Assembly (NCBI GenBank): GCA_017405785.1
Contig: JAFQZR010000024.1
Location: forward strand, 14,750-78,749
Direction of reading: 5' to 3'
Length of the DNA: 64,000 bases
Source of the DNA: Erysipelotrichaceae bacterium
GTDB taxonomy: Bacteria > Bacillota_I > Bacilli_A > Erysipelotrichales > Erysipelotrichaceae
Every line of letters begins with the position of its first letter. Position 1 is the first letter of the stretch. A program made the translations under genes and the position numbers. Under the pieces are notes generated by a model, which did not search any database, was not told the origin of the DNA, and saw only the letters and a program-made list of their open reading frames with translations. This document shows, piece by piece, positions 47,407 through 56,468 of this stretch.

Positions 47407-48344
47407 TAGTTCTCCTCCACTTTACCACGCTTGACACGATAGTAGTTAACAATTGATACAACTGTCAGGATGACGAAGACTGAGAAATACGGAATTGCAC
47501 CTACCAGGTCTGTCGGGAACGCACTGTTGGAACTGAAGATGATTGATACAGCTCTGAATACAGCGAAAATGACAGCTGACAATACCAATGACCAGTAATT
47601 GCCGTTGGCGATACCGTTAGCGGCAACACCCATCCAGCCCTGACCGGAGACCATTCCCTTTGAGAAGATCTTCAGGTAGTTCAGTGACAGGTAAACACCA
47701 CCTAAAGCTGCGAAAACACCTGATAATATTAATGACAGTACCTGCAGTCTTTCAACGTTGATACCGGCTGTTCTGGCTGCGTCAGCGTTTAATCCGCAGG
47801 CTCTCATTCTCATTCCTAACGGGGTCTTGTAGATGACTATGAACAACACAATGATGATCAGCCAGCAGAGGTATGTCAGGACATACTGGCCGGATAGTAT
47901 TTCACCAAGAATAGGTATGTCTTTAATGATCGGTATATCCCAGGTGTACAGAATCGGTGTGGTCAGAGAAGCGGTTGTTCCCTTATCACCAGTGATCTGA
48001 TACAGAACGAAGATAGCTACTGAATCAGCAAATGTATTCAGAGCGATCATGATCAGGAAGGCATCAGCACCTAACTTCATTGAGAAGAAAGTAATCAGCA
48101 GTGCGGTTAGAATACCGATAACTAATCCAAATAAGACACCAACCACAGCATTGTTGAACAGATAACTGCCCAGAACGCCAGTTAAGGCGGCGAATGTCAT
48201 GATGGATTCAATAGCGATATTTCCGATACCGGTACTGGCGGCAACAAATGCACCAAGGGCGGCGAAAAGTATCGGTGTTGACATACGTATGATTGCCTGT
48301 ATGAACCTCATTGTAAACAGGGTTGAAATTACACTACTCAGCAT
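47406..48344 (-). CDS. Nucleoside (BMP-family) ABC transporter permease, NupQ-like
   Basis: 312 aa polytopic membrane protein in an operon with a BMP lipoprotein and a double-NBD ATPase. Confidence 0.85.
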   Translation of the reverse strand: MLSSVISTLFTMRFIQAIIRMSTPILFAALGAFVAASTGIGNIAIESIMTFAALTGVLGSYLFNNAVVGVLFGLVIGILTALLITFFSMKLGADAFLIMIALNTFADSVAIFVLYQITGDKGTTASLTTPILYTWDIPIIKDIPILGEILSGQYVLTYLCWLIIIVLFIVIYKTPLGMRMRACGLNADAARTAGINVERLQVLSLILSGVFAALGGVYLSLNYLKIFSKGMVSGQGWMGVAANGIANGNYWSLVLSAVIFAVFRAVSIIFSSNSAFPTDLVGAIPYFSVFVILTVVSIVNYYRVKRGKVEEN

Positions 48345-49443
48345 GTTCCTCTAAGCCCTCCTTTAATAAACGTCTTTCTCTGAACTTCCTTAAGAAGTGC
48401 TGAGAAGAAATAAGCATGATGATAATACCTTCAACGATGGCAACGATCTCAGATGGAACAGATGTGTCTACAAAATAAAGTACTGCTGTACCTTGTTCAA
48501 GATACTTGATCATGAAAGCAGCGATGACAATTCCGATCGGATTGTTTCTGCCCAACATGGACAGTAACATTCCAGAGAAACCAATTCCTACCAGTGACTG
48601 TGAAGGTGTATAGAATGTTGTTTGAGTCAACAGACATGTTGCTGCTCCCATTCCGGAGAGTACACCGGCGATGGCTGCAGTAGAGATAGCCAGTTTGAAA
48701 GCACTTATACCGGAGTATTCAGCGAATCTAGGGTTGGAACCAGCAAGTCTGATCTGATAACCAAGTCTGCTCTTTTTCATGACGAGATACAGAATTATGG
48801 TTACCGCAATCAGCAGGAAGAAGCATGCTGTAATTCTTAACGGCTGGTACAGATAAGGAATCTTGGCAGTAGCCAGATAGTCCTTTGAGCTGTTTCCGCC
48901 TCTTTTCAGAGTGCCTAAGAATGTTCTTACAACGTATGCGGCAATACCGGCATAAATTGAGTTAAGCATCAGGGAAACAACCATTTCGTTTGTCCCAAAT
49001 TTGGCTTTCAGGAAGCTTGGCAGAATCATGAGAACTCCACCGAAGATCATGGCGCCAAGGAAGCATAAGATCGGATGCAATACAGGGCTGGTTGTAACTG
49101 GTGTAATGGCGATGGCTGTAACAACAGCACCCGACAGGATGAAGATACCTTCAGCACCTAAGTTAAATGCACCGGCACTGAAGAGTACGCCTGCTGCCAG
49201 ACCGGCAAAAGCATACGGAATAAAGCTTTCAATAACTGCACCGATATATCTTGTCTTGGATAACGGACCGGTAAGGATCGTTATCATGGCGTTAACAGGA
49301 TTGGAGCTGACAAGACACAGAACAACGAAGGTAATTGCCAGAGCAATCAGGATGGAGATCATCATCTTGACTGCATCAAAAACCTTTGGATTGGAAATTG
49401 ACAGTACAGACTTTAATGAAGCCTTGTTCTTATTCTCAGTCAT
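48334..49443 (-). CDS. Nucleoside (BMP-family) ABC transporter permease, NupP-like
   Basis: 369 aa polytopic membrane protein that overlaps both neighbouring genes. Confidence 0.85.
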   Translation of the reverse strand: MTENKNKASLKSVLSISNPKVFDAVKMMISILIALAITFVVLCLVSSNPVNAMITILTGPLSKTRYIGAVIESFIPYAFAGLAAGVLFSAGAFNLGAEGIFILSGAVVTAIAITPVTTSPVLHPILCFLGAMIFGGVLMILPSFLKAKFGTNEMVVSLMLNSIYAGIAAYVVRTFLGTLKRGGNSSKDYLATAKIPYLYQPLRITACFFLLIAVTIILYLVMKKSRLGYQIRLAGSNPRFAEYSGISAFKLAISTAAIAGVLSGMGAATCLLTQTTFYTPSQSLVGIGFSGMLLSMLGRNNPIGIVIAAFMIKYLEQGTAVLYFVDTSVPSEIVAIVEGIIIMLISSQHFLRKFRERRLLKEGLEEHAE

Positions 49444-50998
49444 TTAATGCACCTCCGATCTCTTCCTCAGACTGGCGTTTAGCGCCCAGCATGTACATGC
49501 CGAGGTCTGATTCGTTAACATTGTTTGCGTCAGGGAAATATCCGGCAATCTTGCCGTTGAACATAACGATGATGCGGTCAGACAGGTCAACTACTTCATT
49601 CAGGTCGGCTGATACAAGCAGGATACCTGCGCCGGCATTACGCATTTCAATAAGTTTATGGTGGACGAATTCAGCTGAGCCGATATCAATACCATGAGTT
49701 GGCTGTTCGGCAATCATGAATTTGGAGTTTGTGTTGTATTCTCTGGCAACGACGACCTTCTGAACGTTACCGCCGGACAGACTGTTAACGGTTGTATCTG
49801 CGTTCTTGGTCTTGACAGCGAATGTCTTGATCAGGTTATCGGAAACCTTGGCGATTGCCTTGGAATCCATGAAGACCTTTCCGTTAATGTCCTCTCTTGT
49901 ATAGTAAGTTGAGATAAGGTTGTCGCTGATTGGCAGGTTACCTGCAACACCGTCAACCATTCTGTCTTCAGGAATGTACGCCATACCGATGTCTCTTCTG
50001 CCCCGGATATTCATATCACCAACAGTCTTGCCGCAGATATAGATTTCACCGGTATATTTTGTTTCTTCCAGGCCGGTAATGCACTTTACCAGTTCCTGCT
50101 GTCCGTTTCCTTCAACACCGGCAACGCCCAGTATCTCACCGCACTTGACTGCGAATGACACATTGTTGAGGACAGGCTTGCCGTTTCTTTCCATATGAAG
50201 TCCCTTTACTTCCAGGGCCTTTTCATTATGGAAGTCTTCATGAGTCTTGTATTCATCCATATCATTATCCAGGTCACGGCCGATGATCAGGTTCGTCAGC
50301 TGTTCCATGGTTAATTCCGAATTCAGATATGTACCCTTGCTGACACCATTTCTGATAACGGAAATCTTATCCGAAATCTGCTTTACTTCTTCAAGTTTGT
50401 GAGAAATAAAGATGATGGTGTGACCCTGCTCTTTGAAGAAACGCAGCTGATCAAACAGCTTTTCCGTTTCCTGCGGAGTAAGAACAGAAGTCGGTTCGTC
50501 AAGGATGATAAGTTCAGCATTACGATATAATGTCTTGAGAATTTCTACTTTCTGTCTCTTGGCTACTGAAAGTGTTGAGACCTTGGCAGTAACATCAAGT
50601 TCGAAATCATACTTGTCAGATAACTCCTGACATCTCTTTGCTGCTTCTTTTGTATCAATGAAAACGCCTTTTGTCGGTTCCTCGCCGAGGATGATGTTGT
50701 CAACAATACTGAATGATGGGATCAGCATGAAATGCTGGTGCACCATTCCGATTCCGACATGAATGGCATCCATTGAACTGTTGAAGTGGGTTTCTTCACC
50801 CTTATAGGTGATTGTGCCGCTTGACGGCTTTTCGATACCGAAGATCATTTTCATAAGAGTAGATTTACCGGCACCGTTTTCACCAACAACAGAGTGGATC
50901 TCGCCCTTTTCGAACTCCATGTTAATGTCACGGTTGGCAACCGTACCGTTAGGATAAACCTTGGTAACTTTATCAAGTTTTAATATAGTCTCTGACAT
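49436..50998 (-). CDS. Nucleoside/sugar ABC transporter ATPase with duplicated NBD, NupO-like
   Basis: Walker A GENGAGKST and Walker B ILDEPTSVL, followed by a degenerate second NBD (LSGGNVQKV). Confidence 0.9.
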   Translation of the reverse strand: MSETILKLDKVTKVYPNGTVANRDINMEFEKGEIHSVVGENGAGKSTLMKMIFGIEKPSSGTITYKGEETHFNSSMDAIHVGIGMVHQHFMLIPSFSIVDNIILGEEPTKGVFIDTKEAAKRCQELSDKYDFELDVTAKVSTLSVAKRQKVEILKTLYRNAELIILDEPTSVLTPQETEKLFDQLRFFKEQGHTIIFISHKLEEVKQISDKISVIRNGVSKGTYLNSELTMEQLTNLIIGRDLDNDMDEYKTHEDFHNEKALEVKGLHMERNGKPVLNNVSFAVKCGEILGVAGVEGNGQQELVKCITGLEETKYTGEIYICGKTVGDMNIRGRRDIGMAYIPEDRMVDGVAGNLPISDNLISTYYTREDINGKVFMDSKAIAKVSDNLIKTFAVKTKNADTTVNSLSGGNVQKVVVAREYNTNSKFMIAEQPTHGIDIGSAEFVHHKLIEMRNAGAGILLVSADLNEVVDLSDRIIVMFNGKIAGYFPDANNVNESDLGMYMLGAKRQSEEEIGGALND

Positions 50999-51077
50999 AA
51001 GACCCCCTTACAAATTCTTAAAAGTCATGCGCTGTAAAAACAGCGCATGACTAAGTTCACTAAGTTTAGATTATAAA

Positions 51078-52205
51078 TTAATCAAGACGGTTAGCATCTC
51101 TAACCTTTGGCCACTCAGTTGCATAAGTTGCTTCATCCCAAGCCTTGGTATCGCAAACTTCAACTGCACCGCTGGCAACCTGTGCTAATGTGTCAGCAAC
51201 CTGCTGTCTTACTTCTGCGCTAGCGTTCTGCAGATAGTAATCGTTTTCAGCCAGACCTACACCATTCAGGGCAATACCCCAAGTCTCGTGCTTGCCTAAC
51301 TTGTCCTTGTATGTGCCGTTAGCAACCATTTCGCATACTGCCTTGAAAGCAACGTTAGTGTTCTTTAAAGCAGAAGTTAAGATTGTGTTAGCCCATGCAG
51401 GGTTTGTGTCCTTGAACTGCAGATACTGGTCCTGGTCAACGCCGATGCACCATACACCGTCATGGCCTGAGCAAGCATCGATAACACCGTTACCTAAGCC
51501 ACCGGCAACCTGCCAGATTACGTCAGCGCCCTTGCTGATCATATCTTCAGTAACTTCCTTACCTAATGTTGTATCTGAGAATGAACCTGGATAAGAAATA
51601 ACATACTTAACGTTGTTAGCAGCTAATACCTGGCAGTATCCACCGATAAACTGGTTCATATCCTGAGATTCCATACCTACAACAACACCGACGATACCGG
51701 TCTTGGTAACTGCTGCTGATAAAGCACCAACAACATATCCTAAGTCGTCAAGAGCCCAGTCAACTGCGTATAAGTTCTTTGGAACGCCTGTTTCAGGAAT
51801 CCAAGAGCAGTCGAAGTTGTAGAACATCTGATCAGGATACTTTTCAGCTGCTTCATATAAGAAGCCTTCATAAGTTCCGTTACCGGAAACAACGAGATCG
51901 TACTTACCTTCTTCGCAGACGTTGTCAAATGCGTTCATCCATCTGGACTTGTCCGCAGAACCACTTGGGTCACATTCGAATAAATCTACGGTAATCTTGT
52001 TGTCTGCATCGTTAACTTCCTTAGCTGCGTTAGCTAATGTGTCAAAATAAGACTGGTCACCCGTGAATGGAAGCAGGATAGCGATTCTAGTGATGCCGTC
52101 ATCTTCTGGCTCAGGTTCATTGCCGCCCTGCTCACCGCCCTTATTGCAAGCTGCTAATGAGAATACCATGAGCATTGCAAGTAAGACTGTTAATAATTTT
52201 TTCAT
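51078..52205 (-). CDS. BMP-family (PnrA/NupN-like) nucleoside-binding lipoprotein
   Basis: Lipobox SLAAC with a periplasmic-binding-protein type I pattern. It is the first gene of the operon. Confidence 0.85.
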   Translation of the reverse strand: MKKLLTVLLAMLMVFSLAACNKGGEQGGNEPEPEDDGITRIAILLPFTGDQSYFDTLANAAKEVNDADNKITVDLFECDPSGSADKSRWMNAFDNVCEEGKYDLVVSGNGTYEGFLYEAAEKYPDQMFYNFDCSWIPETGVPKNLYAVDWALDDLGYVVGALSAAVTKTGIVGVVVGMESQDMNQFIGGYCQVLAANNVKYVISYPGSFSDTTLGKEVTEDMISKGADVIWQVAGGLGNGVIDACSGHDGVWCIGVDQDQYLQFKDTNPAWANTILTSALKNTNVAFKAVCEMVANGTYKDKLGKHETWGIALNGVGLAENDYYLQNASAEVRQQVADTLAQVASGAVEVCDTKAWDEATYATEWPKVRDANRLD

Positions 52206-52231
52206 TCTTTCCTCCTCTTTCTTTTATCTAT

Positions 52232-52253
52232 TAAAGTGTCATATAACACTTTA
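52232..52253. promoter_or_regulatory. Inverted repeat, operator candidate in the nucleoside operon leader
   Basis: TAAAGTGT, spacer catata, ACACTTTA: 8 bp arms, located ~27 nt upstream of the BMP lipoprotein ATG. Confidence 0.35.
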
Positions 52254-52412
52254 TAGCCAATAATTAATTTATATGCAATATGAAAGAACAAACAACAGGT
52301 ATTTTAACGAGATAATTGTAACATTGATAAGGCCTGTTTTCAATGTGGTTTTGGCTTTTATGATATGAAAAAGTGTAGTAAAATATAAACAGTTGAAAAA
52401 GGAGAATTTATA

Positions 52413-52997
52413 ATGAGCGAATACTATGACGCATGGGCATATACCGTGTCAAAACACGGCATCAGTGCTGACTTATTGATTTCCGCCGTGCAGAAATGCA
52501 TCAGAAGAGGACAGGAAGATCTGGCAATGCGTTTTGCCTACGAACTGTACATTACTTCCCAGTTCCATGAAGAGAAACTCTGGAACAGACTGCTGGTCAT
52601 TTCCGTTGAAGACATCGGTTTTGGCGACACTAATGCTCTGATCGTTGTTAAGACCTTAAACGAAATGAGAAAGGAATATCCTTACCTTGACGGTGACCGT
52701 CCGATCTTCTTCCTGTATGCCATCAGATATCTGTGCAGGCAGAAGAAGGAAAGATCAACAGACCACATCAAGAACATCATCATGAAGGAAAATGCCAAGG
52801 GCGAAATTCCTGAGATCCCTGATTATGCCTATGACATGCACACCAACAAGGGCAGATTCGAATTAGGCAGAGATGTCTTCTATTTCATGGATGAGGCATC
52901 AAAGGTCATTCCTCTGGCAGATGACTATGACGACACCTACTTCAAACAGCTTTACAAGATGTATGAAGAGGAACTGAAGGAAAAAGAAGAAGAATAG
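52413..52997 (+). CDS. Stand-alone MgsA/RarA C-terminal-domain-like protein (no AAA+ module)
   Basis: ISAVQKCIRRGQEDLAMRFAYEL and RLLVISVEDIGFGD parallel the RarA C-terminal motifs (ISALHKSVRGS..AALYW; ASEDVGNADP). It has its own AGGAG SD. Confidence 0.65.
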   Translation: MSEYYDAWAYTVSKHGISADLLISAVQKCIRRGQEDLAMRFAYELYITSQFHEEKLWNRLLVISVEDIGFGDTNALIVVKTLNEMRKEYPYLDGDRPIFFLYAIRYLCRQKKERSTDHIKNIIMKENAKGEIPEIPDYAYDMHTNKGRFELGRDVFYFMDEASKVIPLADDYDDTYFKQLYKMYEEELKEKEEE

Positions 52998-53004
52998 AAA
53001 AATG

Positions 53005-53029
53005 AAACAGGAGGATGCCCCTCCTGTTT
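53005..53029. terminator. Bidirectional terminator between convergent genes
   Basis: aaacaggagg, loop atgcc, cctcctgttt: a perfect 10 bp stem. Confidence 0.75.
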
Positions 53030-54975
53030 TACTTACATTTAAATGATCTGATCAACACTTCACAGTTTTCACCAAGGAAACCGGTTATTCCCCTTTCCCT
53101 GGTGATCTGGTTCGTGAAATCGATCTTTATGCCGTTAAGACAGCAGCTTACCCTGCCGTCTTTTATTCTGACTTTTAATTCATTCACTGAATTTTTATAT
53201 AAATTTACTGCAATCTGTTCAATCACAGTAACTACATTGTCTTTTCTGAGCAGACTGATGGAATCTTCACTGACTCTTATTCCGCTGTAATGCATGTATC
53301 CCTGTGCATCAAATATCAGCGTCAGACAGTCACCCGTATATTGAATTTCCATCTCACTTACCAGCATGTCCGTACTGCCGGTTGTGATAAGCCCATGGTC
53401 AAAACAGCTACCCTTTAGTCCTTCAGATGTGAGTTCCCATTTGCCGCTGTGAGGGACATATCCTCTGATATTTACAAGATCGTCACCGCTATAGCGTGGT
53501 CCGTAGACGTCATAACAGTAATCAGTAAAATCATGTTCAATCACTGCACCTGAAATTATCTGGTAATCCTTTATGACTACACTGTCATTAAAGATGATTC
53601 CGTATTCATGTACAGTCATGTTTGTTTTCGCCGGTATTCTGTACTCTATTCTGCCTGTTCCTTCCGGACTGCAGTACATGTTTCCTTCACAGTCCCTGAA
53701 ATATACCGCTGCTTTTCCCTCAACTTCAAACTGAATCTTATCTCCCGGATAGACCGTCGGACTGTATACAGGATCATAGCGGGCATCATAAACATCTTCG
53801 CCCAGATAATAAGCATATTTCCATATCTTTGTTCCCTTAGCAATAAGACTGTTATCCTTTACTTCAACTTTCCCATCAGTGAAAAAACCCTCTGTAGCAT
53901 AAGGCAACGTGAAATGATGGTATTCTGGCACCTTCAGTCCCTGCAGTTTCATTGCCAGATCGGCAAACATCGCTGCTGACTGGGAAACCGTCTGAATGTT
54001 AAGATATCCGACACAGCTGCTGGAATTGAGAACATCATTTATTGGTGTTATCCATTTCTGATCAATTCCTTCGATACCAACCAATGCTCCCATTATTGAA
54101 CCAACATTGCCGGCCGTGCAGTCAGTATCCCAGCCGCACTGTACCAGCATGCACAGAGTCCTGCTGAAATCCCCTTCACCATAGCACATGGCCATGATCA
54201 TCAGCGTACTGTTAGGAATTATATGACAGGTTCCCGGATACTTATCATAACCGTAATTCTCAAATATGTAATTCAGACAGTCATGCCAGTCATCAGGGTT
54301 TTCCTGATAGAATCTGATGATGTCACGGCAGACTTTATAGTATTCCATCTCCTTGTCAAGATGGCTTAAGGCTTTATCAATAACTTCATGTATGTCTTTG
54401 ACTGTATACGCATATACGATAGCTGCCGCAACAAAGGCTGCCCCTTCCAGACCGTTAAGGTCATGAGTGACCGATGCCCGCTTGCGGGCCATATCAGCTG
54501 CCAGATACGGATCATACCCAGCAACATAGCCCCAGCAGTCAGAGAAGATCTGACCGCCGATCTGTTCGGCTGTTGCAACACCGTTTGTCTCATAACTGCC
54601 GCTTAACGGAGCCTTTATTCCCTGCTTCAGATTCTCATAGACAGTATGCTCAGTGGATACACCGACACCTCCCCACCAGAAAAACCCGGCATATTCCTGA
54701 ATGTAATTTAAAAATACATTGCCAATGTCTTCGGGAGTGATGTCTGTCTTATTATATAAAGACCTGACGAAAAACAGCGGACCGTTTGAATCATCATCAG
54801 CCGCAAAAATACCGTAATCACAGACATAATCCGTGATTTCCGGATACTTTTCCAATATATGAGAGTAGCTCCAACCCTCGATCGGAGCTCCCAATCTTAT
54901 GCCGATAATCTTGCCTAACCAGGATGAATAGACCTGTTCAAGATAGATTCTGTAATTGTCCGCTGTCAGTTTCAT
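53029..54975 (-). CDS. ADP-ribosylglycohydrolase-family domain fused to a ~300 aa beta-rich C-terminal region
   Basis: ARH signatures FAADDDSNGPLF and GWDTDCTAGNVGSIMGALVG lie in the first ~330 aa. The C-terminal half has no motif I can name (possibly a lectin/LamG-like jelly roll). Confidence 0.75.
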   Translation of the reverse strand: MKLTADNYRIYLEQVYSSWLGKIIGIRLGAPIEGWSYSHILEKYPEITDYVCDYGIFAADDDSNGPLFFVRSLYNKTDITPEDIGNVFLNYIQEYAGFFWWGGVGVSTEHTVYENLKQGIKAPLSGSYETNGVATAEQIGGQIFSDCWGYVAGYDPYLAADMARKRASVTHDLNGLEGAAFVAAAIVYAYTVKDIHEVIDKALSHLDKEMEYYKVCRDIIRFYQENPDDWHDCLNYIFENYGYDKYPGTCHIIPNSTLMIMAMCYGEGDFSRTLCMLVQCGWDTDCTAGNVGSIMGALVGIEGIDQKWITPINDVLNSSSCVGYLNIQTVSQSAAMFADLAMKLQGLKVPEYHHFTLPYATEGFFTDGKVEVKDNSLIAKGTKIWKYAYYLGEDVYDARYDPVYSPTVYPGDKIQFEVEGKAAVYFRDCEGNMYCSPEGTGRIEYRIPAKTNMTVHEYGIIFNDSVVIKDYQIISGAVIEHDFTDYCYDVYGPRYSGDDLVNIRGYVPHSGKWELTSEGLKGSCFDHGLITTGSTDMLVSEMEIQYTGDCLTLIFDAQGYMHYSGIRVSEDSISLLRKDNVVTVIEQIAVNLYKNSVNELKVRIKDGRVSCCLNGIKIDFTNQITRERGITGFLGENCEVLIRSFKCK

Positions 54976-56468
54976 AAGTTATACAGTTTCGTGTACTTTT
55001 CAGTCAGATATTCAATGTAATAATTCGGATCAAAGTCCTCTCCCGTAGCGATTCTGATCTGCTCTTCCGGCAGATACAGTCCTCCGTATTTGTGAATATG
55101 TTCCTTCAGCCATTCCTTGATCTTGATGAACTCATTGTCATGCATGCACTTCTCGATATCCAGATCTTTTCTCATGGCATGGACAAACTGCGCTGCATAG
55201 CCGCTGCCTAAGGCATAGGTTGGGAAATAACCGAAGCTGCCGCCTGACCAGTGAACATCCTGCAGAATGCCTTCAGAAGCTTTCTGAGGTCTGATACCCA
55301 GGTATTCCTCATACTTGTTGTTCCAGATGTTTTCCAGATCATTGACATCAATACTGCCGTCAAAGATACCCTTCTCTATTTCATAACGGATCAGGATATG
55401 CAGAGGATAAGTCAGTTCATCAGCATCTGTTCTGATCAGTGAACATTCGGCAGCGTTAGCTGCATTAATGAACTGCTGCTGAGAAATATCCTTTAACTGC
55501 TCAGGGAACAGTTCCTGCATCTGAGGATACAGATTATCCCAGAAGGCGCTGTTTCTGGCCAGATAGTTCTCCATCAGTCTTGACTGTGATTCATGCATGC
55601 CGGAGCTCATGTTATCAAAGACATAAGTCTCTGCCAGTTCATCGCTTACCTGGTAGTTATATGTGGCATGTCCGGCTTCATGAACGACCGAGAAGATCGA
55701 ACTTAACAGACTGTTCTCATAGTAGTGAGTAGTAATGCGGTTATCATGCTTGCTCAGAGAGTTGGTAAAAGGATGTTCCGTTTCTCCCATCAAGCCTGAT
55801 TCCAGATCAAACTTCATGTAGTCGAGGATCTTATACATCATTTTTCTCTGCACATCAGCCGGATAGAACTGATAGGCAAAAGCCGTATCGATCTTCGAGG
55901 CAGCTGAAACCTTCTTGATCAGCGGTACCAGCTTTTCCCTGATCAGATCAAAGAAACGGTCATACTTTTCAATGGTCATGCCCGGTTCGTAATCTGACAG
56001 GTAGACGTCATAACCCTTAAGTTCACCCGGACGGTATTTGAGCATTTCCTTATTCATATCGATGATCTTTAACAGATAAGGCTCAAACATCTTGTAGTCA
56101 TCAGCGTTTTTAGCCTGTTTCCAGACCACATTGGCCTTCATGGTCAGTTCACTGTATTCCACAAACACATCCTTAGGGATGTATCTGAAAGATTCCAGGT
56201 CCTTCAGTTCCCATTTCAGGATCTGTTTCTGGGTAAAGGTCAGATCATCCCTCCGATAGAGTTCTTCTCTCAGCTTAATGAATTCAGGATCTGTTTCAAT
56301 GTCAAACAGTTCACCTGAAATATATGCCATTCTTTCATTACGGTAGTCCCGGCCTTTCACCGGAGCGATCGTATCGGCATCGTAATAAGTTGTACTTAAC
56401 AATAAGTCATAAGCAGAGATCTTGAATCTCTGCTCTTCGTATTTCTTCCATAATTCTTGTGTAGTCAT
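54972..56468 (-). CDS. M32 carboxypeptidase (Taq-type)
   Basis: HEAGHATY zinc motif plus HESQSRLMEN and DVHWS motifs. There is an ATGA overlap with the ARH gene. Confidence 0.9.
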   Translation of the reverse strand: MTTQELWKKYEEQRFKISAYDLLLSTTYYDADTIAPVKGRDYRNERMAYISGELFDIETDPEFIKLREELYRRDDLTFTQKQILKWELKDLESFRYIPKDVFVEYSELTMKANVVWKQAKNADDYKMFEPYLLKIIDMNKEMLKYRPGELKGYDVYLSDYEPGMTIEKYDRFFDLIREKLVPLIKKVSAASKIDTAFAYQFYPADVQRKMMYKILDYMKFDLESGLMGETEHPFTNSLSKHDNRITTHYYENSLLSSIFSVVHEAGHATYNYQVSDELAETYVFDNMSSGMHESQSRLMENYLARNSAFWDNLYPQMQELFPEQLKDISQQQFINAANAAECSLIRTDADELTYPLHILIRYEIEKGIFDGSIDVNDLENIWNNKYEEYLGIRPQKASEGILQDVHWSGGSFGYFPTYALGSGYAAQFVHAMRKDLDIEKCMHDNEFIKIKEWLKEHIHKYGGLYLPEEQIRIATGEDFDPNYYIEYLTEKYTKLYNL

